This document shows positions 9,273 to 20,050 of a DNA stretch of 44,855 bases, one piece after another. The notes below the pieces were generated by a model that did no database searches, was not told the origin of the DNA, and saw nothing but the letters and a program-made list of their open reading frames with translations. How positions within the stretch are numbered: the stretch's first letter is position 1; the number at the start of each line of letters is the position of its first letter. A program made the translations under genes and the position numbers. The stretch comes from an uncultured Peptococcaceae bacterium. Its GTDB lineage: Bacteria; Bacillota; Dehalobacteriia; UBA4068. Location of the stretch: contig CAYRML010000002.1 of NCBI GenBank assembly GCA_964425485.1, forward strand, positions 1 through 44,855, written 5' to 3'.

Positions 9273-10388
<1,116 letters not shown>

Positions 10389-10554
10389 CCATAATCCTCC
10401 TTTATAATAAGCCCTTTGTCAAAACTATTTTTAATCAAAACTTAGGCATATTTACAGGTTTTAATTTGAATATTATAACAAATTTCCACAGAGAATGCAA
10501 ATTCCCTGCTTGCAGAAAACATTTTTGGATATTTTTTCAACTTTTTTATTACAG

Positions 10555-11541
10555 TCAATCATTATAGTAGAAAATGACCGGCCTGTCAATAATGCTGACG
10601 TCGATATACTGGATAGAAGCCAGCTTACCTTCGGTTTTCTGCTGATTAAGAATGGAGGTGAAAAGTGTATATTTATCATTAAAATTCTGGGAATCGCCGA
10701 TGCGGACCTCCACGCCGGACTCCAGATAGATCTTGATTTTCTGCGTATCCTCCACATTGATCTCGGCTATGCCCGCATAAATATTATCTTCCATCTGGCT
10801 GATGATATCAATACCGGACTTGATCTGGTCGCCGGAGAGTTCATAGCCGGGCATGACGCCGGAGGCGATATCCCTGACACCGGTGATCAAGGGATAATCG
10901 AGGCCACTGACGCTATTTTCGCGGGAAAGAATGGTCAGATCGGCCGCCAGGGTCAGAAAAGCCTCGCCGGAGACCACCACGGCCAACGGCTGCCGCTCCG
11001 TGACGGTGATGATGAGCTTGTCGGGCAAAAAGCGCCGCACCTTGGCCTCCTCTACATAGCTGTTAAGCTCCAGCCAATCCTCGGCCCGCTGGGTCTGATT
11101 GGCAAAGATGCTGATACCCTCCTGCAAACCGGACAGCTCGATCAAATGGCCAGCATCCGTATATTGGTTGCCGCGCACCTCAATTTCCCGGGTGTTGAAG
11201 AAGGGAGAGTTAACGAAAAAATAACCGCCCGCCAGACATAAAAGCAGCAAAATAGTGATGGGCACCAAACGCATGCTGCCTGCCCGGCGCCGCTTTTGCC
11301 GCTCCAGCTCTAAGGAAGTGATCTTTCTGGGGGCGGCTTGTTGCCGCATCCGCTGGGCGGAACTTGTCCTGCCGCCGGTTGTACGCGTCCTTGCGCCCGC
11401 AGGCTGTGGCCGCTCGCCATAATAGTTCTCATCCGGGCGCTTGTGGCCGGCCGGCCTTTGATCCCCAGATTGAGAATCCTCAAGAAATGGCCTCTGCCTC
11501 CTATTATTGCCACTATGTAAATTTCGCCTTTTATCCACCAT
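10555..11541 (-). CDS. ftsQ: Cell division protein FtsQ/DivIB (POTRA domain) with a long basic N-terminal tail
   Basis: Single TM (LVPITILLLLCLAGGYFFV) followed by a POTRA-like stretch (FFNTREIEVRGNQYT). Sits in the dcw position just before ftsZ. ATG at 11541 (MVDKRRN...) has GAGGG upstream. Confidence 0.8.
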   Translation of the reverse strand: MVDKRRNLHSGNNRRQRPFLEDSQSGDQRPAGHKRPDENYYGERPQPAGARTRTTGGRTSSAQRMRQQAAPRKITSLELERQKRRRAGSMRLVPITILLLLCLAGGYFFVNSPFFNTREIEVRGNQYTDAGHLIELSGLQEGISIFANQTQRAEDWLELNSYVEEAKVRRFLPDKLIITVTERQPLAVVVSGEAFLTLAADLTILSRENSVSGLDYPLITGVRDIASGVMPGYELSGDQIKSGIDIISQMEDNIYAGIAEINVEDTQKIKIYLESGVEVRIGDSQNFNDKYTLFTSILNQQKTEGKLASIQYIDVSIIDRPVIFYYND

Positions 11542-11665
11542 GATTCCCTCAAAAAAAGTTTTTCCAGGCACAACGCAAAGCCGCCAGGCTTGTCCATTTA
11601 TGTATTTGATTTTTGCCGCAGAACCGGGTCTTGCGGCAATAAAAATCAATAGCCATATTATTATA

Positions 11666-11674
11666 ATTATAACA
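11666..11674 (-). promoter_or_regulatory. Possible extended -10 promoter (TGTTATAAT) internal to the dcw cluster, upstream of ftsQ
   Basis: Minus strand reads TGTTATAAT. No good -35 element is present. Confidence 0.3.
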
Positions 11675-11736
11675 GAAAAAAATCATGATTGCGATATAAA
11701 AGTACGACTTGCCAAGTGTATTTTTTATTTCGCCAT

Positions 11737-13044
11737 TCAGCAGGGACAAATATCGGGCTGCCGCAAGCTGATTTCCTCTGTTTCCGCCGCAGGCACCGCT
11801 TGCCTTTTTATATCGGCGCCCAAAGAGGCCAGGGAGCGCTCCAGATTCTGATAGCCTCGGTCGATATAAAAGACATTTTCCACCACGCTTTCCCCCGCTA
11901 TGGACAAAGCCAAAAGCACCAGCGCCGCACCGGCGCGCAGATCGGTGGCCTGCACTTTGGCCGGATTAAGTCTTTTTTTGCCTTTGACCACGGCATGATC
12001 GCCGGCGATGCGGATATCGGCGCCCATGCGTAACATTTCTTCAGCATGGCGGAAGCGGTTCTCGAAGATATTTTCCGAGATGACGGCAGTGCCCTGTGCC
12101 GCAGTCATCAAAGCCATATACTGAGCCTGCATATCGGTAGGAAAGCCTGGATAAGGCATGGTACACATATCGGCCGCCTGCGGTCGGCGGCAGCATTTGA
12201 CGCGCAGGCCCCGCTCATCACCACTGATGAGCACGCCGGTCTCTCGCAATTTGGCCGTCACGGCCTGCAAATCATGCTCGCTGTAACCGGTGAGCAGTAT
12301 ATCGCCGCCGGTGATGGCCGCCGCCACCATCATGGTGCCGGCCTCGATACGGTCGCAGCGGATGCGATGATGAGCGCCGGAAAGCCTGGGCACGCCGTCG
12401 ATGATGATAGTATCACTGCCATCCCCCTCGATACGCGCGCCCATCTTGCGCAAAAAGTCGGCCAGATCCACAATCTCCGGCTCTCTGGCGGCATTGCAGA
12501 TAACGGTCTGCCCAGGTATGCGCACGGCGGCCATGATGGCGTTTTCCGTAGCGCCGACACTGGGAAAATCGAGACAAATCTTGCCGCCGGTCATTTTTTT
12601 GGACTTGGCCTCGATATAAGAGCCGCTGTTTGAAGTCTCCACACCCATCTGAGATAAAGCCATAAGATGATAATTCATAGGCCGCAGACCAATGGCACAG
12701 CCGCCGGGGAAGGGCAGCGAAAGGCGGCCGAAACGGCTTATGAGAGGACCAAGTACCAAGTTAGAAGCGCGCATTTTTTTCATCAGATCTTCCGGCGGCT
12801 GCTGATTTTTTAGGTTTTCAGCTTTGACCACCAAAGAATCACCCAGCCAGATGATACTGGCTCCATAATGGCGCAGTATTTCGCACATGACGAAAACATC
12901 TTCCAACAAAGGTACATTGTCCAGAACGCATTCCCCATCGGAGAGCAAAGAGGCTGCTAAAATAGGCAAAATGGCGTTTTTGGCGCCATTTATTGCTATT
13001 TCTCCAACCAAAGGGGATCCTCCGTTTATGACAAATCTCTGCAT
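11737..13044 (-). CDS. murA: UDP-N-acetylglucosamine 1-carboxyvinyltransferase
   Basis: 435 aa starting MQRFVINGGSPLVGEIAINGAKNAILPILAASLL, with a catalytic loop of the form ..GGCAIGLRP... Confidence 0.95.
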   Translation of the reverse strand: MQRFVINGGSPLVGEIAINGAKNAILPILAASLLSDGECVLDNVPLLEDVFVMCEILRHYGASIIWLGDSLVVKAENLKNQQPPEDLMKKMRASNLVLGPLISRFGRLSLPFPGGCAIGLRPMNYHLMALSQMGVETSNSGSYIEAKSKKMTGGKICLDFPSVGATENAIMAAVRIPGQTVICNAAREPEIVDLADFLRKMGARIEGDGSDTIIIDGVPRLSGAHHRIRCDRIEAGTMMVAAAITGGDILLTGYSEHDLQAVTAKLRETGVLISGDERGLRVKCCRRPQAADMCTMPYPGFPTDMQAQYMALMTAAQGTAVISENIFENRFRHAEEMLRMGADIRIAGDHAVVKGKKRLNPAKVQATDLRAGAALVLLALSIAGESVVENVFYIDRGYQNLERSLASLGADIKRQAVPAAETEEISLRQPDICPC

Positions 13045-13075
13045 GCTGCACCCCTCTTTAGTAGTATTCAGCTGA

Positions 13076-14005
13076 TTATTTTGCCTGGATGAATTCCCCC
13101 ACCACTTTCACTTCCGGCTCCAAACGAACACCATGAGCCTGGAATACGCGCTCCTGCACCTCTTTTATCAGGGACTTGACATCCTCAGCCGTAGCCCTGT
13201 CGATATTAACGATGAAGTTGCCGTGCTTTTTGGAGACCATAGCACCGCCTTTACGCAGCCCGCGCAGGCCGGTCACTTCGACCAGTCTGCCGGCATGATC
13301 GCCGTCAGGGTTGCGGAAGACGCTGCCGCAAGAAGGGAATTCCAGCGGCTGCTTGAGGCTCCTCAATTGCAGCCACTCTTTTATTTTGGCCATGCTCTCC
13401 TCTTTATTACCGGACGGCAGAGAGAGATGCACGGTAGAGACCACCGCCGGCACAGCAAAAAGCTTGCTGTACCGATAGGCAAAATCCAACTCATCAGCTG
13501 TTATCTCGTATCTGCTGCCATTATATTCGATGACGGTGACTTTGGTTACAAATTCGCCGATGGTATTTCCGTAAGCACCGGCATTCATGCGCACAGCGCC
13601 GCCGATGCTGCCTGGTATACCAGCCGCGAACTCGATGCCGGCCAAAGAACGTTCGGCTGCCTCCAAAGCCAAAGTACGCATCAGCATGCCTGCTTGAGCG
13701 CAGACATTGCCGCCGCGCCAGGTGGCCGCGGCATAGGCCGGCCCCATCTTAATCACAACACCGCGCAGGCCCAAATCGCTGACCAAAAGATTGGAGCCAT
13801 TGCCAATAACCAGGTAGGGTAGCTGATGCTTATAGAGAAAGGCCATCACGTCCATGATCTCTTGCTCCGAGGAGGGCAAGAGCATAAAATCGACCGGCCC
13901 GCCGATACGCCAGGTGGTATGGTCTTTCATCGGTTCGTCGACCAAGACCGGCAGGCTCAGCAGCTGCTGCAATTGCTGCCGCAAAGCGGTTTTTTCTTTA
14001 TCCAT
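13076..14005 (-). CDS. murB: UDP-N-acetylenolpyruvoylglucosamine reductase
   Basis: FAD-binding domain (HTTWRIGGPVDF, VIGNGSNLLV) and the C-terminal MurB motif (GSVFRNP). ATG at 14005 has GGGGAGG upstream; the track ORF is 10 codons longer. Confidence 0.93.
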   Translation of the reverse strand: MDKEKTALRQQLQQLLSLPVLVDEPMKDHTTWRIGGPVDFMLLPSSEQEIMDVMAFLYKHQLPYLVIGNGSNLLVSDLGLRGVVIKMGPAYAAATWRGGNVCAQAGMLMRTLALEAAERSLAGIEFAAGIPGSIGGAVRMNAGAYGNTIGEFVTKVTVIEYNGSRYEITADELDFAYRYSKLFAVPAVVSTVHLSLPSGNKEESMAKIKEWLQLRSLKQPLEFPSCGSVFRNPDGDHAGRLVEVTGLRGLRKGGAMVSKKHGNFIVNIDRATAEDVKSLIKEVQERVFQAHGVRLEPEVKVVGEFIQAK

Positions 14006-14009
14006 GGGC

Positions 14010-15395
14010 TTACCTCCCCTTTTTACGCCCGGCAAATTTCTCGCCGGCCCGGCGGATATTGCCAGCGCCCATAATCAAAAGCAGGTCGCCGGGCTGAGTA
14101 TATTGCTGCAAAAGCTCCAGCACATCGGCCTCAGTGGCCGCATAGAAGACGTTTTGCTGGCCTTGGGCCTTGGCCTCATCGACGATCAGCTGGGAAGTAA
14201 CGCCGGGGAGGGGCCGCTCGAAGGCCGGATATATCTCATTGATAATGGTAATATCGCATTGGCCAAAGGCGGCCGCGAATTCCTTATACATGGACTTGGT
14301 ACGGGTATAGCGATGGGGCTGAAAAACACCCACTATGCGCTTTGCGCCTAGGTCACGCGCCGATTTGACGGTGGCCCGAATCTCTGTGGGATGATGAGCA
14401 TAGTCGTCGATGACGCGCACGCCGTCCACCTCGCCCAACAGCTCGAAGCGGCGGCCTGTGCCTACAAAGCGGGACAGCGCCGCAGCCAGTTCGGCAAAAT
14501 CGAATCCCAGATAACGGCCGATGGCGATGGCCGCCAGAGCATTGGATATATTATGCTCGCCCGGCACAAAAAGATCCAGCCGGCCCAGCGGTTTTTCTTT
14601 TTCATAAACGGTGGCGCTGATGCCGTCACAGCGGAACTCCAGATCTTTGGCCTGATAATCGGCCTCCTTGGTCAAGGCATAGGTGATATAGTTGGCAGGA
14701 ACCCTGTCTTTAAGGGCCCGCACATTGGGGCAATCAAGATTGACCACAGCCAAACCGTCGGGCGGCAGCTGTGAGATATATTGCTCAAAAGCCTCTATAA
14801 TATTTTCCAAGCATTGATAATGGTCCAGATGATCGGGCTCGATATTGGTAACAATGGCAATGGCAGGATTAAGCAGCAAAAAAGTACCATCGCTCTCATC
14901 AGCTTCGGCCACCAGTTGGCCGCCGCCTCCGCCTTTGGCATTGCTTTTCAGCTGTGGCAAAGTGCCGCCGATAATCACCGTAGGGTCGGCTCCGACCAAT
15001 TCCAGCATCAGGGCGATCATGCCGCTGGTGGTGGTCTTGCCATGTGCGCCGGCCACGCCGATGCTTTGGCGCAGGCTCATCAAAAAGGCCAGGGCCTCGG
15101 CCCTTTTATAGACGGGCAGACCCCGCCTTTTGGCCTCGTCCAGCTCTGGATTGCCGGGCTTGATGGCCGAGGAATAAATGACGGCCTCAATATCCGGGCC
15201 CAGGTTGGCCGCCTGATGTCCGATATAGATTTTGCCGCCCATATCACTAAGAGCGGCAGTCAGGGCCGAATCGGCGATATCGGAGCCGCTGATATCATAA
15301 CCCATCGTCAGCAAAATTTTGGCGATACCGCTCATGCCGATGCCGCCAACACCGATAAAATACAGTTTTTTCCCTTCTAGATCAATGGTTTTCAA
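14010..15395 (-). CDS. murC: UDP-N-acetylmuramate--L-alanine ligase
   Basis: Contains YFIGVGGIGMSGIA and GAHGKTTTSGM (Mur ligase P-loop). Sits in the expected dcw position. Confidence 0.95.
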   Translation of the reverse strand: MKTIDLEGKKLYFIGVGGIGMSGIAKILLTMGYDISGSDIADSALTAALSDMGGKIYIGHQAANLGPDIEAVIYSSAIKPGNPELDEAKRRGLPVYKRAEALAFLMSLRQSIGVAGAHGKTTTSGMIALMLELVGADPTVIIGGTLPQLKSNAKGGGGGQLVAEADESDGTFLLLNPAIAIVTNIEPDHLDHYQCLENIIEAFEQYISQLPPDGLAVVNLDCPNVRALKDRVPANYITYALTKEADYQAKDLEFRCDGISATVYEKEKPLGRLDLFVPGEHNISNALAAIAIGRYLGFDFAELAAALSRFVGTGRRFELLGEVDGVRVIDDYAHHPTEIRATVKSARDLGAKRIVGVFQPHRYTRTKSMYKEFAAAFGQCDITIINEIYPAFERPLPGVTSQLIVDEAKAQGQQNVFYAATEADVLELLQQYTQPGDLLLIMGAGNIRRAGEKFAGRKKGR

Positions 15396-15415
15396 CCATA
15401 ACCCTCCTCTGATAA

Positions 15416-16528
15416 CTATCTCTTTGCCAAACGCAAAGCTATATCTATGATATGTTGCAGGGCCTGCGGTTTACCTAAGCCGCTGGCCGCGGCAGACATT
15501 TTCAGCATTTTTTCCCGATCAGTGAACAGATTGCGCACGGCCTGCGTCAGCGATTGTGCGCTCAAATCCTTATCCTCGATCAACAGGGCGCCGCCGGCTT
15601 TTTCCACGGCCTCGGCATTCAAAAGCTGATGATTGGCCGCGGCATAAGGATAAGGCACAAGTATAGATGGCAAGCCGCGGCAGAGGATCTCCGCCAAAAA
15701 GGAAGCGCCGGACCGCCCTACCACCAGATCGGCGGCCGCCAAACCCTTTTCCATTTCATGCAGATAAGGCATCAGGTGCAGTCGCGGCTCCTGGGCCAAC
15801 CCCTGATCTTTTGCCGCCGCCTTCATGGCCTCATATTTCTTTTCGCCCGTGATATGGATGATAAAAAGCCCATCGGCCAAAAGCGGCTTCCAGGCCCCGG
15901 ACATGGCCGTGTTGATGGAGGCCGCGCCCTGTGAACCGCCCGTGACCACAAGCACCGGCTCCGAGGGGCCGATTTGCCAGCATTCCCTGGCTTGGTCCCG
16001 TTGGGCCTCGATAATGGACGGCCGCACCGGCAGGCCGGTTATTTCTATTTTATGCCTGTGGCGGGCCGCAAACAACTCCCCGGCCGCGGCAAATGTCAGA
16101 CAAATTTTATCGGCGTTTTTTGCCAAATTGCGGTTAGAAAGGCCCGGCGCGGCATTTTGTTCATGAATCATCGTATGTATACCCAGCTTGACGGCCGCCT
16201 TCATCACCGGCCACGAGGCATAGCCGCCGGTGCCGAAAACCACCTGCGGGGCACATCTGCGCAAAATCTCGGCGGCCTCTTTGCTACCGCGGCGATTGGC
16301 AGCCAAATCTTTGAAGATGGCAAGAGACTTGCGATGCAAAGGACAAGTCTCCACACCGATAAAATCGAAACCGGCCTTAGCGGCCAGCCGCTCTTCCGTG
16401 GAATCCTTGCCGCCCATATAAAGTATCTCGGCCTCGGCCGTCCGAGCCAGGCCGCCGGCGATGGCCAAAGCGGGATAGATATGCCCGCCGGTGCCTCCGC
16501 CCGTGACCACAAATCGCAAACCACTCAT
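15416..16528 (-). CDS. murG: Undecaprenyl-PP-MurNAc-pentapeptide GlcNAc transferase
   Basis: Starts MSGLRFVVTGGGTGGHIYPALAIA. The ATG at 16528 overlaps the ftsW stop codon as ATGA. Confidence 0.93.
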   Translation of the reverse strand: MSGLRFVVTGGGTGGHIYPALAIAGGLARTAEAEILYMGGKDSTEERLAAKAGFDFIGVETCPLHRKSLAIFKDLAANRRGSKEAAEILRRCAPQVVFGTGGYASWPVMKAAVKLGIHTMIHEQNAAPGLSNRNLAKNADKICLTFAAAGELFAARHRHKIEITGLPVRPSIIEAQRDQARECWQIGPSEPVLVVTGGSQGAASINTAMSGAWKPLLADGLFIIHITGEKKYEAMKAAAKDQGLAQEPRLHLMPYLHEMEKGLAAADLVVGRSGASFLAEILCRGLPSILVPYPYAAANHQLLNAEAVEKAGGALLIEDKDLSAQSLTQAVRNLFTDREKMLKMSAAASGLGKPQALQHIIDIALRLAKR

Positions 16529-17631
16529 CTTTTGATCTCCGCATATCTCGACAGATTCAATAATATACCCATAGAAATCAGGCAAATAATCAAGGATGTG
16601 CCGCCATAGCTGATAAAGGGCAGCGTAACACCCGTGACGGGCAAAAGTCCGGTGACCACGCCCAGATTGATAAAAGCCTGCAAGCCGATCATGACGGTGG
16701 CCCCAAGGGCCAAGAGGGAGCAGAACATATCCTTAAGTCCGATGGCCACCATCAAACCGCGCCATATCAGTATACCAAATAATGCGATGACAAACAAGCA
16801 CCCTAAAAAACCCATTTCTTCGGCCAAAACAGAAAAAATAAAGTCTGTGTAGCCCTCCGGCAAATAATACCATTTGGAGCCGCCCGCGCCCAAACCGACA
16901 CCGGTCAGCCCGCCATTACCAATGGCCAAAAGCGACTGTACGGTCTGAAAACCGTCGCCCAAGGGATCCTTCCAAGGATCCAAATAGGCAGCGATACGGT
17001 TGGCACGGAATTCCGTATTGGCGATGACGGCGATACCGGCCGCAAAGCCAATACCTACCGTCGCACCCAGATATTGCCAGCGCACGCCGGCGCAATACAT
17101 CATGATGACGGCAGTCACGGCGATGATGGAGGCGGAACTGAGCGCATTCTGAGCAAAAACCAACAGCGCCGCCACCAGCGTCAAGGCGATGCAGGGCAAA
17201 AACCCGCGTGTAAAGCTGGCCATACTCTTCTGATGATCGCTGCATATTTTGGCCAGCAGCAGTATCATGGCTAATTTGCAGACCTCGGAAGGCTGGAAGC
17301 GGAACCCGGCCAGATTAAGCCAGCGCTCAGCGCCGCCGGCCGATTCGCCGGAGCCGCTGAAAAGCACCAAGAGCAAAAGGATGATGACCAGGCCAAAAAT
17401 GGGCCAGGCCAATTTCTTATATACTTTATAATTGATCTTATAGGCGATAAACATGGCGATCAGGCCCAGACCGGCATTTTTGGCCTGTGATTTAAGATAA
17501 TAGTAGGGATCGCCATAATCATACTGCGCCAGATATTGACTGGAGCTGAAGACCATGATGATACCGATGCCTAAAAGGGCCATCACCACAAAAAATATCC
17601 ACCAATCCGGCGATTGTCTTTTGATCTCCAC
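16525..17631 (-). CDS. ftsW: SEDS-family peptidoglycan polymerase FtsW (FtsW/RodA/SpoVE family)
   Basis: Polytopic membrane protein with SEDS motifs (QPSE..K, YLPEGYTDFIFS, PFISYGGTS). GTG start is preceded by AGGAGG. Sits in the dcw position between murD and murG. Confidence 0.9.
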   Translation of the reverse strand: MEIKRQSPDWWIFFVVMALLGIGIIMVFSSSQYLAQYDYGDPYYYLKSQAKNAGLGLIAMFIAYKINYKVYKKLAWPIFGLVIILLLLVLFSGSGESAGGAERWLNLAGFRFQPSEVCKLAMILLLAKICSDHQKSMASFTRGFLPCIALTLVAALLVFAQNALSSASIIAVTAVIMMYCAGVRWQYLGATVGIGFAAGIAVIANTEFRANRIAAYLDPWKDPLGDGFQTVQSLLAIGNGGLTGVGLGAGGSKWYYLPEGYTDFIFSVLAEEMGFLGCLFVIALFGILIWRGLMVAIGLKDMFCSLLALGATVMIGLQAFINLGVVTGLLPVTGVTLPFISYGGTSLIICLISMGILLNLSRYAEIKR

Positions 17632-17643
17632 GAAGCTTCCTCC

Positions 17644-19005
17644 TTATTTTCCCGCCAGAACCAGATCCTTAAACACTTTGCCTCTCACTTCAAAATTCTT
17701 AAACATATCCCAACTGGCGCAAGCCGGGGACAGCATAACGATATTGCCGGCCTTAGCCTGGGCTTGGGCCTTAAAAAAGGCCTCCTCAAAACTGTCGCAC
17801 AGGATAAAATCCTGATCGCCAAAGCCGGCCGCCCGGGCCGCCGCCGCCAATTCCTCTTTGGCCTCGCCCAAAAAAGAGAAAAAGACCACACGCCCCTTGG
17901 CCGTTTGCATGAGGGCGGAAAAATCATTGCCCTTATTGCGGCCGCCAGCCACAAGGATGATGGGCCGCTCATAGGCCAAAAGGGCCTTGATCGTGGAATC
18001 AGGATTGGTGCCCTTGGAATCATTGATATAGAGCACGCCGTCGATCTCGGCCACGCTTTCCAGCCGATGCTCCACGCCGCGGAAGGCGCGCAGACTGGCA
18101 GCGATGGCCGGCGGCTCGATGCCGAAGACAAAGGCCGCGGCGGCTGCCGCCAGGGCATTCTCCAGATTATGACCGCCTTTTATGTATATGTCTTCAGCGG
18201 GCAAAAGATTTATCTTTTTCTCGCCCAAAGCCATGACAATTTGCCCATTTTGGCAAAAAACGCCTTCTGCAAGCTGGTTTTGGCGGCTGAAATAAATGAC
18301 TTTACTGTGCAGCCGCCCCCCCACTTGGCGTACGGCCTCATCGTCATAATTAAGTATAGCAAAATCGCTTTGGCTTTGATTTTGGAATATCTTTTCTTTG
18401 GCCGCCAGATAGCCGGCCATGTCGCCATGCCGATCCAGATGATCGGGCGCAAGGTTCAGGAAAAGCCCCACCTTGGGCGCAAAATATTGGCAGTCTTCCG
18501 CCTGAAAGCTGGAAACTTCGACCACAATGGCGCCTTTATGCCCCTCCACGAGGCCGATCAGCGGTCTGCCAATATTGCCGCCCACCAGCGTATTGATACC
18601 GGCATCGCAGAAGATTTTATAGACTAGCTCCGTGGTTGTGGTCTTGCCATTGGTGCCGGTAATAGCCACAAAGGGAGCTTTAGCAAAGCGATAGGCCAGC
18701 TCCAAATCGCCGATGATAGGCAGGCCGCTGGCATGTAAAAGCCTCATCAGCGGCGTGGTATGGGGCACGCCGGGGCTTTTAACGGCCAGCTGCCAATCGA
18801 CGGCCTGGGGCAGGGAGTCATTTAAGAGCAGGCTTAGGCCCTGATCTGCCAGCGCCAAAAGCTCCGGCGCCAGCTCGGCGTCACTTTTACTGTCGGCCAG
18901 CGTCACCTGCGCTCCCTTATCTAGTAAAAAGCGGCATACCGCCTGCCCACTGACGCCGCCGCCTATGACTATAACCTTTTTATCTTGTAATTGCAAAGCC
19001 AGCAT
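17644..19005 (-). CDS. murD: UDP-N-acetylmuramoylalanine--D-glutamate ligase
   Basis: Contains VIVIGGGVSGQA and ITGTNGKTTTTEL. Sits in the expected dcw position. Confidence 0.95.
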   Translation of the reverse strand: MLALQLQDKKVIVIGGGVSGQAVCRFLLDKGAQVTLADSKSDAELAPELLALADQGLSLLLNDSLPQAVDWQLAVKSPGVPHTTPLMRLLHASGLPIIGDLELAYRFAKAPFVAITGTNGKTTTTELVYKIFCDAGINTLVGGNIGRPLIGLVEGHKGAIVVEVSSFQAEDCQYFAPKVGLFLNLAPDHLDRHGDMAGYLAAKEKIFQNQSQSDFAILNYDDEAVRQVGGRLHSKVIYFSRQNQLAEGVFCQNGQIVMALGEKKINLLPAEDIYIKGGHNLENALAAAAAAFVFGIEPPAIAASLRAFRGVEHRLESVAEIDGVLYINDSKGTNPDSTIKALLAYERPIILVAGGRNKGNDFSALMQTAKGRVVFFSFLGEAKEELAAAARAAGFGDQDFILCDSFEEAFFKAQAQAKAGNIVMLSPACASWDMFKNFEVRGKVFKDLVLAGK

Positions 19006-19040
19006 AATATCTCCTTATAGATAGAGCTTGTCCTCCTCGT

Positions 19041-20024
19041 TCAGATTGACAACAGCAGCAAAGTTAAAGCCGTAAAAATAGCGGAAAAAAGGCAAAACAC
19101 CCTGACCACCTTGGTTTCCGGCCAGCCCTTCATCTCAAAATGATGATGCAGCGGGCTCATCTTAAAGATTCGCTTGCCTGTTAGCTTAAAGCTTATGACC
19201 TGCAAAGCCACGGAAATGGCCTCCACCAGATAGACGCCGCCCAAAAGCAAAAGGATAAATTCGGTTTTCGTTAAAACCGCCAGCGCTACCACAGCGCCGC
19301 CCAAGGCCAAAGAGCCGGTATCGCCCATAAAGATCTTGGCCGGATGATGGTTATAAAAAAGAAAGCCCAGGCAACAGCCAACCAAAGCCATGGAGCCGAC
19401 CGCCAGATCCTGATAATTGGCCGTGGCCAGAGGCGGATTTTGCATGGCCACCATGGTGATGAGGGCAAAGCCCAAAAAGACGAAAAAGGAAACGCCGGCC
19501 GCCAGCCCGTCCAAGCCATCGGTAAGATTGACGGCATTGACCATGCCCACCAAAAAGACGGCCATCAGCACATAATAGAACCAACCCAGATCGATACTGA
19601 GATCGGTGGCCGGAATAATGATCTCGGTGCCTCTGCCCAGTACCTGGCCGGCCAAAAGCAAAAAGATCACGATCACGGCAAATTGCAGCACCAGTTTTTG
19701 TTTAGCACGCAGTCCCAAGGAGCGTTTGAATCCGACTTTTAGCATATCATCGGCAAAACCGATGAGTCCAAAGCCCACAAAAGAGAAAAGGATCAGCCAG
19801 GATGATGGCGACCCATCCCCCAACAGCAGTAGCGGGATGATGAAAGCGGGGAAAAAGAGCAATCCTCCCATTGTCGGCGTACCAGCCTTATAAAAATGGG
19901 CTTGCGGCCCGTCATCCCTGATAGTTTGTCCAAATTTCAGCCGCCGCAAAATCGGGATAAAAAGCGGCCCTAAAACAATAACAATGGCCGCGGCCAAAAT
20001 CAAAGCGATATAAAAAGGTGCCAT
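19041..20024 (-). CDS. mraY: Phospho-N-acetylmuramoyl-pentapeptide transferase
   Basis: Contains PTMGGLLF, NAVNLTDGLDGLA and HHHFE. Confidence 0.95.
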   Translation of the reverse strand: MAPFYIALILAAAIVIVLGPLFIPILRRLKFGQTIRDDGPQAHFYKAGTPTMGGLLFFPAFIIPLLLLGDGSPSSWLILFSFVGFGLIGFADDMLKVGFKRSLGLRAKQKLVLQFAVIVIFLLLAGQVLGRGTEIIIPATDLSIDLGWFYYVLMAVFLVGMVNAVNLTDGLDGLAAGVSFFVFLGFALITMVAMQNPPLATANYQDLAVGSMALVGCCLGFLFYNHHPAKIFMGDTGSLALGGAVVALAVLTKTEFILLLLGGVYLVEAISVALQVISFKLTGKRIFKMSPLHHHFEMKGWPETKVVRVFCLFSAIFTALTLLLLSI

Positions 20025-20050
20025 TACACTACCTCATTTATAAAGAATTA

